A stretch of 34,489 nucleotides of DNA, taken from assembly GCA_036479435.1 (NCBI GenBank), contig JAZGFI010000063.1, positions 1-34,489 on the forward strand, in the 5' to 3' direction. Below the pieces are notes generated by a model, which worked only from the letters and a program-made list of their open reading frames with translations, did not search any database and was not told the origin of the DNA. A program made the position numbers and the translations under genes. This DNA is from Planctomycetota bacterium. GTDB taxonomy: Bacteria; Planctomycetota; GCA-002687715; DRQF01. Of this stretch, positions 1-5,853 are shown piece after piece. How positions within the stretch are numbered: position 1 is the first letter of the stretch; every line of letters begins with the position of its first letter.

Positions 1-10
1 CGGCACACAC

Positions 11-76
11 ACTTAACGAGTTCTCATTCAGCTGCGGGCCGCGAAGCGGACCGTCCGCTGGAATGAGCTGTTAGGT
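11..76 (-). repeat. attC site (66 bp)
   Basis: Minus strand reads ACCTAAC-AGCTC-ATTCCAGC...GCTGAAT-GAGAACTC-GTTAAGT: R'' (RYYYAAC), L'' with extra C, L', R' (GTTRRRY). The extra base makes the minus strand the top strand. Confidence 0.95.
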
Positions 77-534
77 GTTGAGCACGGCCGGGAAGGCGAC
101 TCAAAAAACAACTGCGCCAGCAACGAAGAGACTGCCGAAGCTGAGGTGGATTGTCCAGTGTTTGTTGCGACAGAACACAGCGACACCGAGACGCGTGCCC
201 GGCCGACCGGCTACAGCTCGGCGAAGCCGTGGTGGAAGATTGCGAAACCCGAGCTACCAACGCCGCGACAAAGACACTGACGCCGGAACAAACGATGGCG
301 AGCCCCGGGGAGAGGTGCCGCAGAGTTGGGGACACCGAAAGCCAGATGCGCGGGTGCGAAACCGATTGGCAACGACGAAGGGTTCGTGACCGCACGCGAT
401 GACACCGCGAAGAGCAAAGACCAAAACAGAGAGAATGGCGGGAAGAGTTTTTGGCTGGCGGCGCCAGGAACACGCGTCGGAGGCTTGGTTGCCACAGCCG
501 CTAAGAGAACCGCCCCTAATCACCCGGCACACAC
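77..534 (-). ncRNA. Candidate structured ncRNA, body of gene-less cassette 5 (17-540, 524 bp)
   Basis: No credible CDS. Nested minus-strand helices with many G.U pairs: 87-92:523-528, 93-102:507-516, 107-116:493-502, 120-128:484-492, 190-200:468-478, 214-221:249-256, 395-400:404-409. Confidence 0.6.
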
Positions 535-600
535 ACTTAACGAGTTCTCATTCAGCTGCGGGCCGCGAAGCGGACCGTCCGCTGGAATGAGCTGTTAGGT
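535..600 (-). repeat. attC site (66 bp)
   Basis: Identical to 11-76. Confidence 0.95.
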
Positions 601-1059
601 GTTGAGCACGGCCGGGAAGGCGACTCAAACAACAACTGCGCCAGCAACGAAGAGATTGCCGAAGCTGGGGCAGATTGTCCAGTGGTTGTTGCGACAGAGC
701 ACAGCGACACCGAGACGCGTGCCCGGCCGACCGGCTACAGCTCGGCGGAGCCGTGGTGGAAGATTGCGAAACCCGAGCTACCAACGCCGCGACAAAGACC
801 CATGCGCCGGAACAAACGATGGCGAGCCCCGGGGAGAGGTGCCGCAGAGTTGGGGACACCGAAAGGCAGACGCGCGGGTGCGAAACCGATTGGCAACGAC
901 GAAGGGTTGGTGACCACGCGCAATGACGCCACGAAGATCGAAGACCAAGAACAAAGAGAACGGCGGGAGGAGTTTTTGGCTGGCGGCGCCAGGAACACGC
1001 GTCGGAGGCTTGGTTGCCGCAGCCCCTAAGAGAACCGCCCCTAATCACCCGGCACACAC
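601..1059 (-). ncRNA. Candidate structured ncRNA, body of gene-less cassette 4 (541-1065, 525 bp)
   Basis: Paralog of 77-534 (about 28 differences by hand count, including a 1-nt insertion that shifts the spurious ORF frame). Same helices mostly retained. Confidence 0.6.
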
Positions 1060-1125
1060 ACTTAACGAGTGCTCATTCAGCTGCGGTGCGCGTAGCGGGC
1101 CGCCCGCTGCAATGAGTAGTTGGGC
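1060..1125 (-). repeat. attC site (66 bp) of the NYN cassette
   Basis: R'' GCCCAAC (minus, 1125-1119) is complementary to the cassette's entry GTTGGGC (minus, 1928-1922). Same architecture as the other attC sites. Confidence 0.93.
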
Positions 1126-1134
1126 AGCCGAGAA

Positions 1135-1797
1135 TCAACGACCGCCGCCACGGTTTGGCTTTGGACACTTGCTCGTTAGCCCGTCGATATGCTCGAATAG
1201 GTCGTCGCCTACACCCTGCCACATAGGGTCAAGCACAACATCGATGCCTTCCCTTCGCGCAAATTTCGCGGCTGGCACGAAATCTGCGTCTCCAGCGACC
1301 ATGACGATGCGTTTGACAAAGCCCTTGAATGCCAAGGAAGCAATGTCGAGCCCCATCTTCATATCGACACCCTTCTGCCGCGCCTCGTAGGTGACGTCGG
1401 TATCAACCAAATCCTCTAACGATTTCTTTCCCGAGAGGAGGTCTTTGGTCACCGATGGTTTGATACTCCAGCCTGCGGGATGGTCGGCCAAACGACCGAA
1501 CCGCAGCGCCACTTTTCGCTGCCTCAATAGTTGCTGATGAAACGAATTACGAAACTGAAATAGGCCCGTTTTCGAGAAGTCGACCGCCTTCTTTGAGATC
1601 GGGTTGTGAGCTTTTTTGCTCAGCGGTGGACAGTCATAGAAGAAGATCCGATAGAGATCATTTTTCTCCGACAAGTGCGAAATGCACATCGTGAAGAGGT
1701 TCTTGGCAACGACCTCTGGCGAGTGATTCGCACCGTAGGTCGCCCGGTAGCGATAAAAAAAGAATCCTCCGTCGACCATTATTGCAGTCGGTGTCAT
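1135..1797 (-). CDS. NYN-domain (LabA/DUF88-like, PIN fold) putative ribonuclease; cassette 3 (1066-1927)
   Basis: Motifs VDGGF, RIFFYDCPP, QKGVDMKMGLD and GDADFVPAAKFARREG carry the acidic catalytic set. GAGGA RBS at 1802-1806. Confidence 0.9.
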   Translation of the reverse strand: MTPTAIMVDGGFFFYRYRATYGANHSPEVVAKNLFTMCISHLSEKNDLYRIFFYDCPPLSKKAHNPISKKAVDFSKTGLFQFRNSFHQQLLRQRKVALRFGRLADHPAGWSIKPSVTKDLLSGKKSLEDLVDTDVTYEARQKGVDMKMGLDIASLAFKGFVKRIVMVAGDADFVPAAKFARREGIDVVLDPMWQGVGDDLFEHIDGLTSKCPKPNRGGGR

Positions 1798-1808
1798 ATG
1801 GTCCTCAC

Positions 1809-1872
1809 AAAAAAACCCTCGGGCTTGGCACCGCTATGATAATTCGCGGAGCTTACTGCCGAGGGCGTTCGA
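1809..1872 (-). ncRNA. Candidate small leader RNA / attenuator upstream of the NYN gene
   Basis: Minus strand CCCTCGG-CAGTAA-GCTCCGC-(11-nt loop)-GCGGTGC-CAAGC-CCGAGGG-TTTTTTT: a two-tier hairpin ending in U7, between promoter and RBS. Confidence 0.55.
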
Positions 1873-1878
1873 TGCGAA

Positions 1879-1907
1879 AGTATAACGTCTCGACTGCCGC
1901 GCTGCAA
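1879..1907 (-). promoter_or_regulatory. Cassette-internal sigma70-type promoter
   Basis: TTGCAG (1907-1902), 17-bp spacer, TATACT (1884-1879). Confidence 0.7.
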
Positions 1908-1921
1908 ACCGCCCTCTGTCT

Positions 1922-1987
1922 GCCCAACGAGTTCTCATTCAGCTGCGGTGCGCGCAGCGGACCGTCCGCTGCAGGGAGCAGTTGGAC
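1922..1987 (-). repeat. attC site (66 bp) of cassette 2
   Basis: R'' GTCCAAC (minus, 1987-1981) matches the entry GTTGGAC at 3259-3253. Conserved L boxes. Confidence 0.93.
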
Positions 1988-2181
1988 AGCAGACGATCGA
2001 AGGCCAGCGACCAATCTACTCGCTCCGTCGATCCTACCGCCATTTGCGCGAATCCCATTTCGGGAAGACTGTGAGAGCGCGGGAAGCTCTCACGCTCCTA
2101 AATGTTGCTGCGTGCAACTTGTCTTCACGATAGCCCCCCATGGGGTATCCTCCGAACCAGTCCACTGGAGGGAGCTTAGCG

Positions 2182-3174
2182 ATGTTACTATCTGGATTGG
2201 TTCTGTGGATCGCTTTCGGCATCTACATGTTAGTTCTTTGCGTAATCTTCGAGCGAAATCGTCATTCGGCCAACCTGTCTATCTACGCGGCGATTGGGGC
2301 GGCCTTCGTTGCCGTCGCTGCATTTGCGGCCTGGTATCCGGCAAAGGCGTGGATGTTAGACATCCCCAGGAATTTGGATTCAATGGCCAAATTCGGGGAC
2401 GCTACCGCAGGTCTATTTGCTGGAGCTGGTCTGATATTTCTTACGGTTAGCATTGGTCTTCAGGCCTGGGAGCTTTCGCAGAATCGCGTTGAGCAAAGAG
2501 AGGCAAACCGACAGTCGCTGATTCAAAACCAGATTGAACACCTAAAGATGCGATTTTCGCTAATGCAAGCGAGACAGGAACGGATGCACGTCGTTGCGGA
2601 AAGCGGTGGATTCTTCGCACCTGCATTCGCGGGATCGGAGTCGGATATTACTGATGAAACACATGACGGCCTTTTGGTTTTGGCTCGCCTTCCAATCCGC
2701 AAAGTCGGCAACGTAGGGGAGTGCAGGGTTGCGATCTTCGAACCGCAATTTGACAAATGCATGCAGTTCACATTGGCCAACGGCGACGCAATGCTGTTTC
2801 CACCGGGGCTTTTTCCTGAGGTCGTGCCCTTACCTCAGGAAGAAGCGAGCGAAGACCAAGACCGCGAAGTTCTTTTTCGAATTATCCCGCAGCAGTTGGG
2901 CACCGGGTACTTGCAAGGCGAACTCAAGTTAAGAACGAATGCTAGTCAGGCTCCATATGCTGTGGAAACGGTTTTCCTGATTGGCCTGAGAGTCTTCATC
3001 AACAAAGAGTCTAAGCGCCGAGTTGATATCGACGTAATCTCGACAACAAGGCGGCTCTTCGAATCCTGGAATCTCTCCCCAGCGCCCCAACTTACGGATG
3101 AAGTCGCCGAAGAAGAACTGCAAGAGCTATCCACCAAGATCGCAGCAACTCAGTCGCGCGACTGGTACGCGTAA
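2182..3174 (+). CDS. Membrane protein of unknown function (3 N-terminal TM helices plus coiled coil), antisense within cassette 2 (1928-3258)
   Basis: ORF 2140-3174; ATG 2182 follows GGAGGGAG. The segment FGDATAGLF...LQAWELSQNRVEQRE resembles the TM/coiled-coil N-terminus of putAbiC-type cassette proteins (recalled, not searched). Confidence 0.75.
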   Translation: MLLSGLVLWIAFGIYMLVLCVIFERNRHSANLSIYAAIGAAFVAVAAFAAWYPAKAWMLDIPRNLDSMAKFGDATAGLFAGAGLIFLTVSIGLQAWELSQNRVEQREANRQSLIQNQIEHLKMRFSLMQARQERMHVVAESGGFFAPAFAGSESDITDETHDGLLVLARLPIRKVGNVGECRVAIFEPQFDKCMQFTLANGDAMLFPPGLFPEVVPLPQEEASEDQDREVLFRIIPQQLGTGYLQGELKLRTNASQAPYAVETVFLIGLRVFINKESKRRVDIDVISTTRRLFESWNLSPAPQLTDEVAEEELQELSTKIAATQSRDWYA

Positions 3175-3252
3175 CGACGTTGCTGTGTTGCCATGTGCCA
3201 AGAGACTCAGCAAGTCTCCAAAGTCGCCGGTGGTAATAAAGGAATCCCGTCT

Positions 3253-3318
3253 GTCCAACGAGTTCTCATTCAGCTGCGGGCCGCGGAGCGGACCGTCCGC
3301 TGGAATGAGCTGTTAGGT
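3253..3318 (-). repeat. attC site (66 bp) of cassette 1
   Basis: Near-identical to 11-76. Confidence 0.95.
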
Positions 3319-3776
3319 GTTGAGCACGGCCGGGAAGGCGACTCAAACAACAACTGCGCCAGCAACGAAGAGATTGCCGAAGCTGAGGCGGATTGTCCAG
3401 TGCTTGTTGCGCCAGAACACAGCGACACCGAGACGCGTGCCCGGCCGACCGGCTACAGCTCGGCGAAGCTGTGGCGGAAGATTGCGAAACCCGAACCACC
3501 AACGCCGCGACAAAGACCTGGACGTTGGAACAAACGACGGCGAGGCCAGCGACAACTGCCGCCGAGTTCGGGGCACTGAAGACCAAGATGCGCAGGTGCG
3601 AAAGCAACCGGCGTCGATGAGGGATTGATGACCGCACGCGATGACACCACGAAGAGCGAAGACCAAAACAAAGAGAATGGCGGGAGGAGTTTTTGGCTGG
3701 TGGCGTCAGGAACACGCGGCGGAGGCTTGGTTGCCGCAGCCGCTAAGAGAACCGCCCCTAATCACCCGGCACACAC
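3319..3776 (-). ncRNA. Candidate structured ncRNA, body of gene-less cassette 1 (3259-3782, 524 bp; first position after attI)
   Basis: Most divergent copy. Helix TAGCTCGG:CCGAGCTG becomes TGGTTCGG:CCGAGCTG (3491-3498:3456-3463); both changes become G.U pairs on the minus strand. Confidence 0.6.
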
Positions 3777-3795
3777 ACTTAACTCTAAGTCGATG
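3777..3795 (-). other. Putative attI site (crossover G|TT between 3783 and 3782)
   Basis: The cassette family sequence stops at GTTAAGT with no attC stem beyond it. Degenerate L box CATCGAC, 5-bp spacer TTAGA, R box GTTAAGT. About 200 bp from the intI stop. Confidence 0.75.
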
Positions 3796-3980
3796 GAACT
3801 GGATAGTACGGGAAAGCTGGGCGGTTGAGGAAGGTATTTGGGAAGTTCGGATTTGGGGGAGAGGCTTAAGTCGCTGTGGGTAGTTGGGTTGGAGGAGGTG
3901 GGTGGCGGGAATGGGCGGAGATATGTGGTCCAGATAGTGGGGAGACGGGTGGCTGGGGTTTGGTTGGTGGTTTGGGCGGA

Positions 3981-4979
3981 CTAGGTTGGGGGTAGGAAGT
4001 CGAGGGGGCTTTGGATGGGGCCTCGGAGTTGGTTGAGGACGTGGGTGTAGATCATGGTGGTTTCGAGGCTTTTGTGGCCGAGGAGTTCTTGGACGACGCG
4101 GATGTCGTTGCCTTGGATGAGGAGGTGGGTGGCGAAGGAGTGGCGGAAGGTGTGGCAGGTGACGCGGGAGTTGAGGCCGGCGAGTTGGGCGGCGATGGGG
4201 ACGGCTTTTTGGAGGACGGTTTCGTGGAGATGGTGGCGGCGGAGTTGGTTGGTTTCGAGGTCCAGGTAGTGGCGGTGGGCGGGGAAGAGCCATTGCCAGG
4301 GCCAGGACTGGCCGGCGGAGGGGGATTTTCGGTTGAAGGCGAATGGGAGTTCTACCCAGCCGGCACCGCTCTGGAGATCTTGCTCGTGTTGTTTTCTTAC
4401 TTGCTCGATGTGGGCTCGGAGGGGAGCGTGGAGGGAGGCGGGCAAGATGGTGAGACGGTCCTTGCCGCCTTTGCCGTGACGAATGGTGATTTGTCCGGAT
4501 TCGAAGTTGAGGTCTTTGATGCGGAGCTGGAGGCATTCGAGGAGGCGAAGACCCGAGCCGTAGAGCAAGGAAGCGGCGAGGTGTTTTTCTCCTTGGAGCT
4601 TGGCGAGGACGGCGGTGACTTCGGGAACGGTGAGGACATTTGGGATGCGCTTGGGACGCTTGGCCCGAACGATGGAGTTGAGCCAGGGAAGATCCACCTC
4701 AAGGACTTCTCGGTAGAGGTAGAGGATGGCAGAGAGTGCTTGGTTTTGGGTTGAGGCGGCCACCTTGCGAGCGACGGCTAGGTAAGTGAGAAATTCGGTG
4801 ACTTCCTTGGCGCCGAGGTCGCGCGGGTGACGTAGATGGTGGAATCGGATGAATCGGCGAATCCAAGAGCAGTAGGCTTTTTCGGTGCGGCGGCTGGCGT
4901 GACGAAGGCGTAGAGAGTTGCGCACTTGGTCGAGGAGTCGCGGTTTCGGGCTTCGGTCGGATGGAGTTGGAGAGTCCAT
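3981..4979 (-). CDS. intI: Integron integrase (tyrosine recombinase)
   Basis: N-terminal LLDQVR...TEKAYCSWIRRFIRFH; catalytic R (GSGLR), HxxR (HTFRHSFATH), H/Y (LGH..TTMIYTH); integron-specific insertion VELPFAFNRKSPSAGQSWPWQWLFPA...RRHH. Confidence 0.97.
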   Translation of the reverse strand: MDSPTPSDRSPKPRLLDQVRNSLRLRHASRRTEKAYCSWIRRFIRFHHLRHPRDLGAKEVTEFLTYLAVARKVAASTQNQALSAILYLYREVLEVDLPWLNSIVRAKRPKRIPNVLTVPEVTAVLAKLQGEKHLAASLLYGSGLRLLECLQLRIKDLNFESGQITIRHGKGGKDRLTILPASLHAPLRAHIEQVRKQHEQDLQSGAGWVELPFAFNRKSPSAGQSWPWQWLFPAHRHYLDLETNQLRRHHLHETVLQKAVPIAAQLAGLNSRVTCHTFRHSFATHLLIQGNDIRVVQELLGHKSLETTMIYTHVLNQLRGPIQSPLDFLPPT

Positions 4980-5241
4980 GGAGTCGTCGAGTCATCAGAG
5001 ACTTGGTTTTAGATGCACACTGCGGCTTGCATCCCAAAGTAAGTCGTTGGGAATGAGCCGAAGTAACGCACTACTTAGTAATGGCCCGCTAGATAGAGGC
5101 CGCGATGGGCTTGAATGTGGAGGAGGCGACCGAAAGTGATGCGCACCGGGCCGACCCGGCGAGCACAGAGTCCGGCGCGCTGAGCGGCTTAGACCTCCGC
5201 CGCTCGGTCGCGACCTCGGCCATCCTTGTTGGCCTGGGATC

Positions 5242-5658
5242 TTAAGTCGCTTGGGCGGTTTTGAAGCCGGAGCTGCCGACGACGAGGGCTACGGAGATGG
5301 CGACGTAGAGGCCGACGACGAGGTAGGGGTAGTCAGTGGCGGCGTATTTGCGGACGGCGAAGCCGAGGCCCATCATGAGGGGGATGAGGAAGTATAGGAT
5401 TGGGTGGAGGGCGAAGAAGAACCAGTCTTGTTCGGGGCGGCGGGCGATGAAGCCGGCGGTTCTTTTGGCGCTCTTACGGAGGACGAATTTGCCCTTCGCG
5501 AAGCCCATGCCAGCACCGAGGACGATAGCGAGGATGGCGATCCAGGTGGGCTCAGTGTTGGCGAAATGCGGGATGAGGCCTCGGTAGAGCAGAAAGACGG
5601 CGACGGCGAGCCAAATGAAAATGGCCAGGGAGATTCGTCCGTTTCGGGAGAGTTTCAC
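5242..5658 (-). CDS. Small integral membrane protein (about 4 TM), function unknown
   Basis: 138-aa ORF with four hydrophobic segments. Confidence 0.7.
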   Translation of the reverse strand: MKLSRNGRISLAIFIWLAVAVFLLYRGLIPHFANTEPTWIAILAIVLGAGMGFAKGKFVLRKSAKRTAGFIARRPEQDWFFFALHPILYFLIPLMMGLGFAVRKYAATDYPYLVVGLYVAISVALVVGSSGFKTAQAT

Positions 5659-5853
5659 GGTGGGGGCTTCCGTTTCTTGGCTGAGGCCTTGAAGAAAAAG
5701 GGACTTTCGGGGGGATGGGAAAGATCCTGCCTCGAAGTCCTGATTGAAGCGGGTTAAAACCGTTCCGCCTCAGCTTAACTCGCTTCGCCGTTTTTGCCAT
5801 GTGGGCCGCTTGAGGTCTGCTTCTGCCTCCCAAATGACTTTCCGGATCGAACG

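Larger units (their letters stand above)
1..4979 (-). mobile_element. Integron with inverted-integrase layout (intI, attI, cassette array continuing past the left edge)
   Basis: Integron integrase at 3981-4979(-), attI-like core at 3777-3783 and five attC sites (11-76, 535-600, 1060-1125, 1922-1987, 3253-3318). The array lies 3' of intI and runs in the same direction. Confidence 0.95.

Noticed and set aside
24..1057. 100-170-aa ORFs on both strands of the repeated cassettes (also 3266-3715 and 3317-3628)
   Set aside because: No RBS. They start or end inside attC, differences between copies are mostly non-synonymous, and indels shift the frames. The T-poor/A-poor strand bias makes stop codons rare.
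77..1059. DGR template/variable repeat pair
   Set aside because: Differences are not confined to adenines of one copy, and there is no reverse transcriptase in the window.
1782..2450. 222-aa plus-strand ORF spanning the NYN leader and an attC
   Set aside because: It crosses a cassette boundary and overlaps the real ORF out of frame; no recognisable features.
11..3318. CRISPR-like reading of the 66-bp repeats
   Set aside because: Spacing is 0.5-1.3 kb, the repeats have attC R/L box structure, an integron integrase is adjacent and no cas genes are present.
3706..4754. Pro/Arg-rich ORF 3706-4536(-) and ORF 4011-4754(+)
   Set aside because: Shadow frames of the C-rich intI coding strand.
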